From Squalus acanthias (lineage: Eukaryota), in assembly GCA_030390025.1 (NCBI GenBank), contig CM059432.1, positions 55,182,001-55,246,000 of the forward strand: a stretch of 64,000 bases of DNA, in the 5' to 3' direction. A model generated the notes under the pieces. That model had not been told where the DNA came from. It did not search any database and worked only from the letters and a program-made list of their open reading frames with translations. Each line of letters starts with the position of its first letter. The stretch's first letter is position 1. The position numbers and the translations under genes were made by a program. Shown here piece after piece: positions 38,343 through 51,194 of this stretch.

Positions 38343-38441
38343 TTGTACAGAGAATGGACACAGTGACCGAAGGAATGGAAACATCGCAAAAAAGTTATAC
38401 GGAAAAACTAACTGCCGTCGAGACTGACCTGAAGAAATTAG
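38343..38441 (+). CDS. COLEC12: Collectin-12 internal exon (99 nt, juxtamembrane start of the coiled coil)
   Basis: ttgttccag acceptor and gtaaac donor. Encodes (V)VQRMDTVTEGMETSQKSYTEKLTAVETDLKKL, matching the remembered COLEC12 segment VVEKMDNVTGGMETSRQTYDDKLTAVESDLKKL. Phase 1/1, compatible with the next exon. Confidence 0.92.
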
Positions 38442-39329
38442 GTAAACTCTACAACATTTTTTGTGCCAGAAAGAAAAATAAATTGAACATTCATTAATCA
38501 ATTGCAGCAAATGATATTCCAGCATCAAAATTAACTGAAGCCTAGAAATTACTCTTTGCAATATTAATATGTGAACACTGAATGTGTACACTATGACTTC
38601 TCTTTACCTGCTTTTTTTAAACAGAGGTGCTAACATATTTAAAGACACTGTATTTCTGCCTCTGTTAAAATGATAAATGAAGGAATGTCATAGAGATATT
38701 AAACATTCATATGTTAATAACACAAACAGTAACTTCTTTGGTTAAAGATCTGTTTCATAACAAAATAATGGATATCCAGAATAGTTTCTGTTTTCACAAC
38801 CCACCTAGCTGTAGGTTTAAGTGGTACAATTTCAGTATTATTTTGCTTTCTCTCTGGAGACTGATCGAAAGCAAAACAATGTTGTGGAAGCACGAGTATC
38901 TCAAAGTTCATGGTACCAGTGAAAGCCCTGTATTAAATTTATGGGCTTATAATTTTAATAGGGGACAGTCCCTGGTGCTATGAATGCTAGCAAAGCCAGG
39001 ATTTACTGGCATAGTGTAGGTCAGAGACCACGATCCTCAGGAAGGAGGGCATGAGATTGCAATTTCCAGTGTGAGACTCAAATGCAGGAAAGTTGGTGGT
39101 TCTGTGTACAAAATGAGTAAATGCATATTGTTGCTATGGTAGTCAGACCACCTGGAAGAAATGATTTTTGTGCGAGAAGCCGTGTACATTGACTGCAGTG
39201 TAAAATCAGTTAGTACAAAGCACCATCAAAAAGGTACATTTTCAAGTAAAAAGAAACTGTGGCCCACTGTATCATTTTTAATCATTGAAAGAAGCTGCCT
39301 GTGTCTTCAGCTCTTTAAAATGATTATAT

Positions 39330-40866
39330 CTTTTTTTTTTATTCGTTCATGGGATGTGGACGTCGCTGGCAAGGCCAGCATTTATTGCCCATCCCTAATT
39401 GCCCTTGAGAAGGTGGTGGTGAGCCGCCTTCTTGAACCGCTGCAGTCCGTGTGGTGAAGGTACTCCCACAGTGTTGTTAGGGAGGGAGTCCCAGGATTTT
39501 GACCCAGTGACGATGAAGGAACAGCGATATACTTCCAAGTCAGGATGGTGTGTGACTTGGAGGGGAACTTGTAGGTGGTGGTGTTCCAACGCACCTGCTG
39601 CCCTTGTCCTTCTAGGTGGTAGAGGTCGCGGGTTTGGGAGGTGCTGCCGAAGAAGCCTTGGCGAGTTGCTGCTGTGCATCTTGTAGATGGTGCACACTGC
39701 AGCCACGGTACGCTGGTGGTGGAGGGAGTGAATGTTTAAGGTGGTGGATGGGGTGCCAATCAAATTTGTTTTGGATGGTGTCGAGCTTCTTGAGTGCTTT
39801 TGGAGCTGCACTCATCCAGGCAAGTGGAGAGTATTCCATCACACTCCTGACTTGTGCCTTTTAGATGGTGGAAAGGCTTTGGGGAGTCAGGAGGTGAGAC
39901 ACTCGCCGCAGAATACCCAGCCTCTGACCTGCTCTTGTTGCCACAATGTTTATGTGGCTGGCCCAGTTAAGTATCTGGTCAGTAGTGACCCCCAGGATGT
40001 TGATGGTGGGGGATTCAGCGATGGTAATGCCGTTGAATGTCAAGGGGCGGTGGTTAGATGCTCACTTGTTGGAGATAGTCATTGCCTGGCACTTCTGTGG
40101 CGCGAATGTTACCTGCCACTTATCAACCCAAGCCTGAATGTCATCCAGGTCTTGTTGCATGTGGGCATGGACTGCTTCATTATCTGAGGAGTTGCGAATG
40201 GCACTGTGCAGTCATCAGCGAACATCCCCACTTCTGACCTTATGTTGGAGGGAAGGTCATTGATGAAGCAGCTGAAGATGGTTGGGCCTAGGACACTGCC
40301 CTGAGGAACTCCTGCAGCAATGTCCTAGGGCTGTGATGATTGACCTCCAACCACCACAACCGTCTTCCTTTGTGCTAGGCATGACTCTAGCCAGTGGAGA
40401 GTGTTCCTCCCGATTCCCATTGGCATCAGTTTTACTAGGGCTCCTTGTTGCCACACTGGGTCAAATGCTGCCTTGATGTCAAGAGCAGTCACTCTCACCT
40501 CACCTCTGGAATTCAGCTCCTTTGTCCATGTTTGGACCAAGGCTGTAATGAGGTCGGGAGCCGAGTGGTCCTGACGAAACCCAAACTGGGCATCAGTGAG
40601 CAGGTTGTTGGTGAGTAAGTGCCAGCTTGATAGCACTGTCGACGACACCTTCCATCACTTTGCTGATGATTGAGAGTAGACTGATGGGGCAGTAATTGGC
40701 CGGATTGGATTTGTCCTGCTTTCTGTGGACAGGACATACCTGGGCAGTTTTCCACATTGATATCACGTGGAGTGAATCAAATTGGCTGAAGACTGGCTTC
40801 TGTGATGGTGGGGTCCTCAGGAGGAGGCTGGCATGGATCATCCACTCAGCACTTCTGGCTGAAGAT
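39330..40866 (-). mobile_element. 5'-truncated non-LTR retrotransposon of a second CR1-group family
   Basis: RT motifs NPANYCPISLLS, DAQFGFRQDHS, ALDIKAAFD and MEYSPLAW. Shares its 3' end with 63122-63700 and 47173-47283. Confidence 0.85.
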
Positions 40867-40981
40867 GTGTCATAGGATCCTGATTTTGATCTGCCACCAA
40901 CAGTGGGATAAATCTGCTACGTGTCCCCGCATCAGCAGAGGTATAACTGCAGGTAAACTGAAAAAATACCAGAAAATATAT

Positions 40982-41982
40982 AGCCCCGATTTTAACCCCC
41001 CCCCCTGCGCCTGATAAGAACAGGGTGCCCACGACCAATTTAACTCCTGGGTTTCAGGAGATGTGGGAGGTGCTCCCCGGAGACAGATGAGGGCCTCAAA
41101 ATATGCAAAATTAGGATCCTATGATGTAAATAGGACCTTGATGTGATTTTAATGTGCAGTTGCGTGACTCGCTCCGTGCCAGACCTGCCAGAGGAATCTG
41201 GCGGCAAGCAGGATTGGGGACAGTAGAGGCCCAGGAGGTTAAGTTTCTTTCATTTTTGAAGGTTTCCCTGTGGGCCAGGAGGAGCAGGGGTGCTGCCTCC
41301 CAGGCCCCACAAGGAAAACGTGGGCCTCCCCAGCCCCAGGATTCCCCTGATCAGGATCATCTCTGGACCACTTATTGACTGCCAGGGACCATTCCCTTGG
41401 GTTCCCGGCAACGGCCTCCTGCCGCCCAAAATCCCTCCACTGACTCCGGCCAAGTTCGGGTGTGAGCCTCACTTCCAAAATGGAAATGAGTCCTGGGAGT
41501 TAAAATGGGACATGCCATGGACCCAAGGGAACAGACCCCAGCATGAAGTTCCTGCTGGGGAACAGGGGATTTGACAGCAGAGGCCAACGCTGCGAGGGAG
41601 AGGCAAGGCTGGGAAGGCGCAAGGACTCCTTGACGGGCCTGGGCGAGCTCTCCTGCTCCACCTGGCCAAAAAGAATCCTCCGAAAAGGAATCCTTACCGT
41701 GGCCTCTTCTGGCTACTCCACTGACTCCCATCAGGTCCTGCTCTCGATTTAGGCCCCTACTGGCCTCCCACATTTTTAAGTCACAATGGCGTTGCGGTGC
41801 CATTTAGATCATCGGCCCGCGACTTTTCACAGCCTGCCTCGGGTGGGTGGCCCTCCTGTGTCTGTTTTGAGGTGAGTTAACATGGCGAGGGGAAACATGT
41901 CAGGGTGACGCTGTGACCCCGCCATTTTAACCCACCTGCCCACATCATTCCCGCTGGGTGTTGAGGGGATTAAAATTGACCC
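40982..41982. mobile_element. Old MITE-like element, probably Harbinger type
   Basis: Degenerate ends cccgattttaac / ttaaaattgacccc with a GC-rich interior. No clean TSD. Confidence 0.45.
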
Positions 41983-42359
41983 CTTTGTCTTTTCTGTTTT
42001 CTTTTTACATTTTGGGTGGGAGTTTAGTGCTGGGTACTGGTGCAGAGAGCATGCATGAGTCAGGGTTGGGCTGAGGAGGCCAGACAGCAAGCCCAGTAAA
42101 GAGACTGTGGTATGGGCATATGTCATGATCACAACTGGAACCATGGTGCCAGGATGCAGGGAAGAAAGCAAATAGGTTGGAGCAAGGACTTGATGACAAA
42201 CTGGAGTGGAAGGTGGGAATGGGCAGGATAAGGCTGAGGGATGGTGTCAGCAGCAACCAGAAGGAGAGGACGAACACTGCACTCAATGGCAAGAGAATGG
42301 AAGAAAGCAGTAAGCAGGACTGTGAACAGGCGGGTGAGGCTGAGGGAGGGCAGCAGGGG

Positions 42360-42790
42360 CTGTGATACAGCTATCTCCTCCCAGGGCCTTCTCCAAGTGG
42401 TCTTGGATGGCTTCCTGTCACCCTGCAGGGAACAGTACAGCCCACCTTCGTTGAACGGTCACCACCAAGGCCTCCAGTGCAGCATCCGAGAACCATCGTG
42501 CTCACTCCCTTGCTGAGCCATATCTTCAGCCAGACTGACAATGATGTGCTGTTGCAACAAAGCATCTCCCCTTTAAGTAGCGCACCCGATATTACCCCAC
42601 CCCCCCCCTCACCACCGTTGAGCGCTAAGCCAATCAGCAGTGCGTTTAGTGCTGAGATCAGCGCTCCAATCATTATAATGAGCAGGCAGCATGAATTTTG
42701 CATGCTGTCTGGACCACTTTCAACGGGCGCAGGCAAATAGCGCTGGCCCTTGACACGGCCCGTTTTCAGGCCTAATCCAATTTCTAGGCC
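42360..42790 (-). mobile_element. Harbinger end fragment with a relic of Myb exon 1
   Basis: Minus strand reads ...RWFSDAALEALVVTVQRRW... TIR-like aatttctaggcc at ~42779-42790. Confidence 0.6.
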
Positions 42791-43479
42791 AGAGTATCTT
42801 GGGTCGGGACTGCAGTAGAGATCAAGGATGGGTAGCAAGGCCAGTGAAGAAAAAGTGGGCAGACCCGAGTCAGGGTTGGCTCACCAAGCAGGAGCACGAG
42901 ATGGAAGAAAGACCAGTGTGGGTCGTGGACAGGGCAGCAGTTGGGGCCTTGATGGAGAATGCAACGCAGAAGTGGGCTGATGATGATGGACAGTTGCGCT
43001 GGAGCCCATTAGTTGGGGAGGGGGGCAGGAGTGCTAACTAAAACCAACACGATGCAGGGCGAGGGAATGGGCCGGGTTGTAAGCAGGACCGGGTGCAGGT
43101 GGGCTGAGGCCGAGTGCGGGTGGCAGGGATTGTAAGATTTCTCCATCCCCGCCACACTACCTCCAGTAACCAGCAGGTTTTTTCCTAAAGCATTTACACA
43201 CTAGAAGTAGATGATAGCACGAGAAGAACTTTCAAAACAAATTATGCTTCACAGCTTAGTGCTGGAATTGGTGGATTAGTGCAGGACACAAAGAAAGATC
43301 TGGGTCGGGGCCAGCAACAAGTTCATGAAGAAAAGTGCTGGTCAGTGTAGGGATCTGGGTTGTGGCAGTTGTTGGGAAGAGGAATGGGGATCCGTAGGCA
43401 AACCATAATAAAGGTGCAGGTTGGGGTCAGAATTGGCATCGCGGTTTGAGTTGGTGCTGAAGGCGCGAAGAGGAGCAAA

Positions 43480-43845
43480 AAGAAAGAAAGACTTACATTT
43501 ATATAGCGCCTTTCATGACCACCGGACGTCCCAAAGCACTTTACAGCCAATGAAGTACTTCTGGAAGTGTTGTCACTGTTGTAATGTAGGAAACGCGGCA
43601 GCCAATATGCACACAGCAAGCTCCCACAAACAGCAATGTGATAATGACCAGATAATGTTTTGTTTAGTGAAGTTGGTTGAGGGATAAATATTAGCCAGGA
43701 CACCGGGGATAACTCCCCTGCTCTTTTTCAAAATATTGCCATGGGATTTTTTACATCCACCTGAGAGAGCAGACAGGGTCTCGGTTTAACGTTTCCTCTG
43801 AAAGACGGCACCTCCGATAGTGCAGCACTCCCTCAGTACTGCACT
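43480..43845 (-). mobile_element. Deu-domain SINE (SacSINE1/AmnSINE-like) with an L2-type tail
   Basis: Minus strand gtgcagtactgagggagtgctgcact...ggtggatgtaaaaaatcccatggca...ggtgtcctggc resembles the Deu core. Tail gcgctatataaatgtaagtctttc. Confidence 0.7.
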
Positions 43846-44299
43846 TGAAGCAGGACAGAGGTAACGGCCTTGTGACAAGCTGGCAAAGGAAAGTATGGTT
43901 CGGATCTGGAGCCACAAAGAAAGATATGAGCCAGAGCCAGCATTGGGGTCCAAGATGGGGCAGCTGGCAGGAAGAGGGGTGGAGGCTGAGAAAGAAAGGT
44001 GCAGGTTAGGACCAGTGCTGTTGTCCAGGTCGGGGCAGTGGATGGGACTGGGGCCATGACGAGTAGGAGTAGGAGTCTGTGGGAGTGTGGCAGGGACTGT
44101 CAGAGAGGAGGAGCAAAGGGAGGGGGTGGTGAAAGCAGACATTTAAAGAAGGCAGAGGGGCAGGGGAATTACTGGGCTTTCGGTGTGATTACAAGGATCC
44201 AGCTGGGGAGATGAATTACATGCACAATGGTGCCACCTACTGTTAGGAGACTGAATGATAAGCAATGGTTTGGATAAAAGCATTCCTCGGAGTTTTAAA

Positions 44300-45229
44300 T
44301 GTTACATAGAATTCCATAGAATATAAAGAACAGGTTAGAAACTAAAGATGCCTAAAAATGTATATGGTTATACGATTAAAACTGTGACATGAAGAATGCT
44401 GTGTTTAAATGGTTATGGTTGAATTGCAGATGGAAAATCTCCTTGGGACAGATAAATGCTTAGAAGTGCTAATGTTTTGGTTTCCTACGGAGGTACAATC
44501 TCCTGTTGCTGAGCGATTATCTGTTGTTTTTAAGTTAAGACTTGAACCTTGTTTATGTATTTTATGTATAATGCTAAGGTAGGATTTGAAGTTAGCTTAA
44601 CAGAACTGCTTGCGAAGATAACGGAAGGAAGTTTGGGGAAGTTAACGTAAACATTTGCTACGTCATAAAGGAGGTAACACTCTGAAGCGAACAGGTTTCT
44701 AGTTGGGCCTCTTGAGATCAAAGAAGGATACGGACGAAAGAGATAAGACACGAATTCCACAGGAAGGAAACCTTGGGAAAATATAAACAGAGAAAGACAT
44801 GTGGCCAAAATCGTAAGACAACTTTAGGGCGGGTTTTGACACAAGAATCAAGACAAATAACTAGAAGTCCCATTGGATATTAAGGTTTATGGGGAACTTC
44901 TATAGATCAAAAAGTCTTGTCAATATCCAGGTTCAGGCCCACCCCTAAAAGTAGAATAAAAGTGACTTCCCAGAAGCTTGTACTCACAGAAGGAAGAGAA
45001 AGAGAGAGAGAGAGCTTGTAATCACAGACGAAAGGTAGAAGAGAATAGTTCACGTGTGTCAACCGTCTGTCCGATCGGATCGGTATCAGCTTCTTGTCAC
45101 GGTTGTATGTTTTTGCTGTATAACTAATGTGTTATATTCCGTCATAAACTCTGATTAAACACAATATACCCACCATATTGGTTTGCACTCAAACCTGATT
45201 AGTTAAAGTGACCAGAGATAGCTGTAACT
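44300..45229 (+). mobile_element. Possible solo LTR
   Basis: Starts TGTTACA and ends TGTAACT. Contains a GC box, aataaaag, a GA-rich leader and attaaa in U3-R-U5-like order. No TSD found. Confidence 0.3.
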
Positions 45230-45509
45230 TGGACACCACTGATTTTTAATAGTACAATAAAGAAATGTGAGAAAATCCTGACACTAGGCAGGATAAAATT
45301 GTGACACAGGAAGTAAGTGTAACAACTATGAAGTACACAAGACTTTTAATATATTAATTATATACTTATTATATATTAAATATATTAATTACATATTTCT
45401 TTTGTGGATCTATAATTCTTTTACTGGTGTAACCTTATATGGACTAGATTTTTTTGCCTATCGACTATGAATTTTAAACACAATACTTAGATCGTACATT
45501 AATACATTG

Positions 45510-46235
45510 CCACGTTGGCATCCTATTTGACCCTGAGATGAGCTTCCAACCATATATCCACTCCATCACCAAGACCGCCTACTTCCACCTGCGTAATATC
45601 ACCTGTCTCTGCTCCTGCCTCAACTCATCTGCTGCTGAAACCCTCATCCATGCTTTTGTTATCTGTAGACTAGACTATTCCAATGCTTTTCTGGTCAACC
45701 TCCCATCTTCCACCCTCCGTACACTTGAGCTGATCCAAAACTCTGTTGTCCGTGTCCTAACTCGCACCAAGTCCCGTTCACCATCAGCCCTGTGCTCGCT
45801 GACCGACATTGACTCCAGGCCCGGCAACACCTCAATTTTAAAATTCTCAACCTTGTTTTCAAATTCTTCCACGACCTCGCCCCTCCCTATCTCTGTAATC
45901 CTCCTCCAGCCCTACAACCCTTCGAGATCTCTGCGCTCCTCTAATTCTGGCCTCTTGCGCATCCCCGATGTAATTGCTCCACCATTGGCGGCCGTGCCTT
46001 CTGTTGCCTCGGCCCTAAGCTCTGGAATTCCCTCCCTAAACCTCTCCGCCTCTCTACCTCTCTTTCCTCCTTTAAGATGCTCCTTAAAACCTACCTCTTT
46101 GACCAAGCTTTTGATTACCTGTCCTAATGTCTCCTTATGTGGCTCAGTGTCAAATTTTATTAGATAATGCTCCAGTGAAGCGCCTTGGGACGTTTTACTG
46201 CATTAAAGGCGCTATAGAAATGCAAGTTGTAGTTG
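45510..46235 (+). mobile_element. L2 LINE 3' fragment
   Basis: AYFHLRNI...LIHAFVICRLDYSNA motif and tail gcgctatagaaatgcaagttgtagttg. Confidence 0.88.
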
Positions 46236-47119
46236 AAGTGTGATTGGTCATTCTACAGACATTGGCAGGTGTTACTTAACTATATTTTTTCTCTCTTAAA
46301 ATGTTGTGCTCATCAAGGTGAATTCTGGGGAATGGAACTCTGTTGACAGTATTAAGTGCTCCCAGTCAGGTAGACCACAACTAGATAAGGAGTATAACTG
46401 CCTCTACTCTGCCCCAATAACATGCCTCAACCCTAGCAGAACATCCCCACTGAATCATTGTGACAATTTTCCATTTCTTGCACCAACCATCCTTTAGCCT
46501 GTCTAAGAGAAGCTGTCAATTAGTGGCAAATTAGGGACAATTTTGTTTCATCTGCCTTTACCCACTCGGAATTGGATTGAGACTGCCTAAACTGATTTCA
46601 CATCGAATCGTTTTAGCCAGCAGACAGAAGAGACTTTGGGGGAGAAATTCGGTTGGTTAGTGCCTCCCGTTAGCGCCTCCAGGGGGCACTAACGACTTAC
46701 CGCCCGGGTGCGGCGATGTTAGCGTCACCGGCGAAATTCACCTGGCGGTTTGCGGTGGTGCTAAACACTACCGCCACGATCTCCTGCTCCCGGAGATCGT
46801 GATGTCATCCTGCCGCGCATCGCCCCGGTAGCACCCCGGACCAGAAATTCATTTTCGCCCCCTGCCTCAGCGCCTGCCATGAGGAACGACAGGTAGAGGA
46901 GGCGGTTTGCAGTCGGCTGGGAGCTGCAGGAGCGCTATTTAAAGGCGTGCACTTGCTGGGTTTTTTTGTCGGCAAACAATGCTGCCTTGTCACTTTGACA
47001 GAAGCAGACGGGCGTTTTGACCCATTTGAGGTTTTCCTGCTTGAAGGGGTTTTGCTCCTGACCAAAATTTATCAGGTTCATTTGTCTTACTTTTATTACT
47101 GCAACATTTCCAACACTTA

Positions 47120-48380
47120 ATGGGGGCTGTACTGGCACAGGACCTCGCTCTCCAGCTTCACCGTGGGAGGCGGTTCAAGAAGGGGGCTCACCACCCCCTT
47201 CTCAAGGGCAATTAGGGATGGGCAATAAATGCTGGCCTTGCCAGTGACACCCACATCCCATAAACAAATTTTTTAAAAAGGCAGCGGAGGCAGAGGGAAA
47301 GATTGGAAAACGTGGCCAGAGGGAGGAGGGCCAACAGGAGGTCTTACCCACCCAGGGTATACCGGGAGCAGTTCTCCTACATTCATCTCTCAGAGGAGCA
47401 GTGCCTTAGAAGGCTCCGCTTCAGCAAGGAGGTGGTCACAGAGCTCTGTCACATCCTGCAGCCAGACCTCCAGCCTCAACTCAGGACCAGGACGTCTCTC
47501 TCAGTGGCAGTGAAGGTCACAGTCGCTCTCAATTTCTACGCCAGCGGCTCCTTCCAAGCTTCAACGGGATATTGCAAACATTTCACAGATCGCCGTCCAT
47601 TGCTGCATCCGGGAGGTCACAGATGCTCTGTACAGAAGGAGAAGGGAGTACATCTCATTCCCCATGACCAGAGAGAAACAGCATGGACGCTCATGTGGCT
47701 TTGTAAGGATAGCGGGCTTCCCCATGGATCAGGGCGCCATTGACTGCACCCACGTGGCATTGCGAGCACCTCATCACAATGCAGAGGTATTCCGCAACCG
47801 TAAAGGCTACAACTCTCTGAACGTACAGTTGGTGTGTGACCACAGACAGTGCATCCTCGCCGTCAATGCCCGCTATCCTGGCAGCAGCCACGATGCATTC
47901 ATCCTGCGACAGACTGGTGTTCCAGCACTCTTCCAACCACCACATGAAGCTCGCAGCTAGGTGCTCAGAGACAAAGGTTATCCACTCGCCACCTGGCTAA
48001 TGACACCCCTCCGCAACCCCAACACTCCTGCTCAGCACGCATACAGTGAGAGCCATAGCGCCACCAGGAACCTGATCGAACAGACTATCGCTGTGCTAAA
48101 GCAACAGTTCCGCTGCCTTGACCGCTGTGGAGGAGCCCTGCAGTACTCCCCTGATCGAGTCTCTGTTTTGATTGTTGTGTGCTGCATGCTGCACAACCTG
48201 GCCATTCTGAGGGCCCATCCATTGGCACCAGGGATTGCAGGTCCACCTCAGGAGGAGGACGAGGCGGAGGAGGAGGAAGATAAAGAGGAGGAGGAGCAGC
48301 AGCAATGTAGGAGGGAGCCACTCAATGTTGCTTCTGCAAGGGTCGTTCGTGAGCGCCTCATTACAATGCGCTTACAATAA
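47120..48380 (+). pseudogene. Harbinger transposase pseudogene
   Basis: Closely similar to 33064-34224 but disrupted by a LINE-tail insertion (~47173-47283), a frameshift near 47570, an in-frame TAG at 47958-47960 and LGDKG changed to LRDKG. Confidence 0.9.
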
Positions 48381-48650
48381 ATGACAGAACACATGGCGTT
48401 TGTGCAGAACAACCACATCATTACAGCCAGCTTGCAGCCCCTATCTCAAATGAGAAACATCACAAAATTTACGACATCGAAATAAATATTTATTATTCTG
48501 CACAACTCTCTCTTACCAAACACAACCAATAATAAACAAACACAACAATTTATGAACAAACACAACTGGTTCTTAGCAAATGGAACAATATATTTATAAA
48601 AACATCAACTTCTGTACACACACTCCCCCCATTTGCTATTAACATTTTAT

Positions 48651-50578
48651 TTACTGGGCCTTCTTCAATGATTTCCCTCCCCTTTGCAGTTCCCCACTCC
48701 CAACCCTACTGCTCCTCTGTAATGTGGCCCCAGTGGCTGCAGCAAGGCTGGTGGAAGGCTGCTGAGTCTGGGAGCCAGAGACTGCAGATGGCCTTGCAGG
48801 ACACCCTCGACCAGCTCTGGGCCTGGAAGGCCAGGCTGCAGACTGCACCACCTCAGCATGGGCGGCAGCAGTCTGGGATGGCTGGGTTACAGGCTGCGGC
48901 AACTGCAATGGCGGAGTGGCAGTGGTGGGAGCAGGAATGCTGTCATCCTGAGAGAGGACAGCACTTTCCTGCTCGACCGACACACTGCCACTCCCCCGGG
49001 ACAGAACCTCAGCATCCGGAGCAATCTGCTCGAGCACAGATTGCTGGCCTGCTGCGGCACTGTGAGATCCCTGGTGAACAGTGGGCGACACAGCGATGAT
49101 GGCAGCAGTCAGCGCTTGCGTGGCATCAATCTGAGACTGCATGAGACCAGTCTGAGATTGGATGCCAGCAACCACTGACTCCGTTACAGCACTAAGCCGT
49201 TGCGTTGCCTCGGCCTGTGCTGCAATAGCTGCTGCCACCTCACCCGTGACACGTGGCATGAGGTCTGGGCCCCCACGGTCTCTGGGTCCCCACGGTCTCT
49301 CTGCGAGTCAGCCATCCTCTGCAAAATGCCAAGGATGGGCTCAAAGGTTTGCGCAGAGATGAGAGCAATGCTGGAGGTGGACTCCTCCATGCTCCTAGCC
49401 AGTGCACCCATGCTCTCAGGCACCCTTGCCATTGCACCCATGAGCTCAGTATGCATGCTCAGCGCCTGTGTGGTCATCGCCTCGACATCGAGGTCCTCAT
49501 CCAAGTCCTGTGCAACAGAACTTGTGCGCGCACTCACCCTCCGGGGGGATGGCCCTCGAGCTTCCCTTCCCCCATGTCATTGCTGCAGCCCGCTGGGTCC
49601 CGGAGCTTCACCCACGTCAGAGCCATTTCCTCTGCTCCCCTCCAGCGACTACGTGGTCCCATTATTGGACCTCTCGCCCTCGGGAGGCACAGGCAGTGAG
49701 GCTCCGGCTTGGTGTTCCTCCTCCTCCTCTCCCGCATCGCTGCCACTGGGAGGCTGAGGGACAGGCTGGTCAGATGGTGGCTGATTATCTGAAAGCATTG
49801 GGGCACAAGAGTGGGTTTAACATCAGGGGATGGGGCAGGAAGGGAGCAAGGAATGGAGACAGTATACTTAGATGGAAAGTGGGAAGGGCTTGTGTTGTGA
49901 GGGGGAAGTGGTATGAGAGAAGAGGGAGAGGTGATGAACATATCGTTGTTGTCCCCAGGGGGGTCAACCTCTCCGACTGCCACAGCGCCTACGATCTGGG
50001 CCCCAATGATGCGGCCCACTCGCTCCTCCAGCTGTGTAAGGGGATGCAGCTCTGCCTGACCTCCTCCCGTGCATTGTTGCCCCCTCCTGTTATGAGCAAG
50101 CTTGGCCTGCAAGAAAAAGGACAGCGTGTGAGTGAGTGTACAGCCATGTGTTTGGCAGATGTGCCTACCATAGTTGAATAGCTGTTAATGTATGCAAGGC
50201 GTGGGATGTGGATGTGACTTTTAGTAGATGGGCATAGTTGGTGGGTGAGTGTTGGGGATTTGGCGGTTTATACCATCTGTGCACAGAGTGAGGTTGAGAT
50301 GGTGGGATGTCGAGGTTTTTGAAGCATGTACTCACCCTGACCACCTGAGTGAGGTCGTTGAACTTCTTGCGGCACTGGGTGTGAGTACTTTGGACCACGC
50401 TTTTGGTCGAGACGTACTGGGCCACCTCCCTCCACATCCTTCTGAACTCCCGGGGCAATGGCCTCCTGCCAGTGTCTGGGAACAGCACTGCCCGTCGGGG
50501 TTCCACAGCCGCAAACAGAGCCTCCAATGCCTGGTCACTGAACCGGCGAGCTCTCTCCCTGGGCCTCTGATCAGCCAT
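48651..50578 (-). pseudogene. Harbinger Myb/SANT partner pseudogene (exons 50578-50336, 50106-49944, 49788-48651)
   Basis: MADQRPRERARRFSDQALEAL...QCRKKFNDLTQVVR. The exon-2 donor reads AT instead of GT. There is an early TAG in exon 3 and a frameshift at the short duplication near 49265-49300. Confidence 0.85.
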
Positions 50579-51194
50579 GAGATTTGTGGTTGATGAATTG
50601 CAGCTCCTTGCAGGCCCAGGTCACAAGCAGCAATGATCAGAGTGAGGCTGTGCAGCATGATGGAGCCTCTCCTTTAAGAACTGGAAGGCGCCAGTCTGTC
50701 TGAGTACTTGTAATTGACAGCGCCGGAACTTGAGTAGCGCTCTGCGGTAGCGCCCCGCTCCCCGACGTTAGCGCCCTAAGGGAAGTGTGTAGTGCTCCAC
50801 TTCCTTCTAGGGGTGCTAAAACTGAATTTCACTGGTGCTAAAGTTTGCGCCCGGGCAATGTTAGCGCCCCAAAATGGTCGATACTGAATTTTTCCCCCCT
50901 TTATTTTTCATTGCCTTGTTTTTAGGGGTCCATCAACACCCAGTGTCCTGAAAAATAATGTGGCTTCTGATTGGTCTGTAAAAGTTTCAGTTACCACTTT
51001 TCAAGCCAGATAGTGAATGTGCTGGGCTCTGTGTGGGAACTATTCCCACTAATGATTATTATACAAGCTTAGTGTCCATTAAACAGATAGGAGGGGAAAA
51101 TTGCATCAACCACATCTGCAAAACTGTTTCTCCTTTAATATCATTGTGATTACCCATTCTGTTATTGCCCATACATGTACCCTATCTTTTGTAG

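Larger units (their letters stand above)
46638..50899. mobile_element. Decayed full-length Harbinger transposon related to 32547-36716
   Basis: TIRs GGGGGAGAAATTC / GAATTTTTCCCCCC, flanked by TTT on both sides. Same convergent two-gene layout. Confidence 0.9.
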
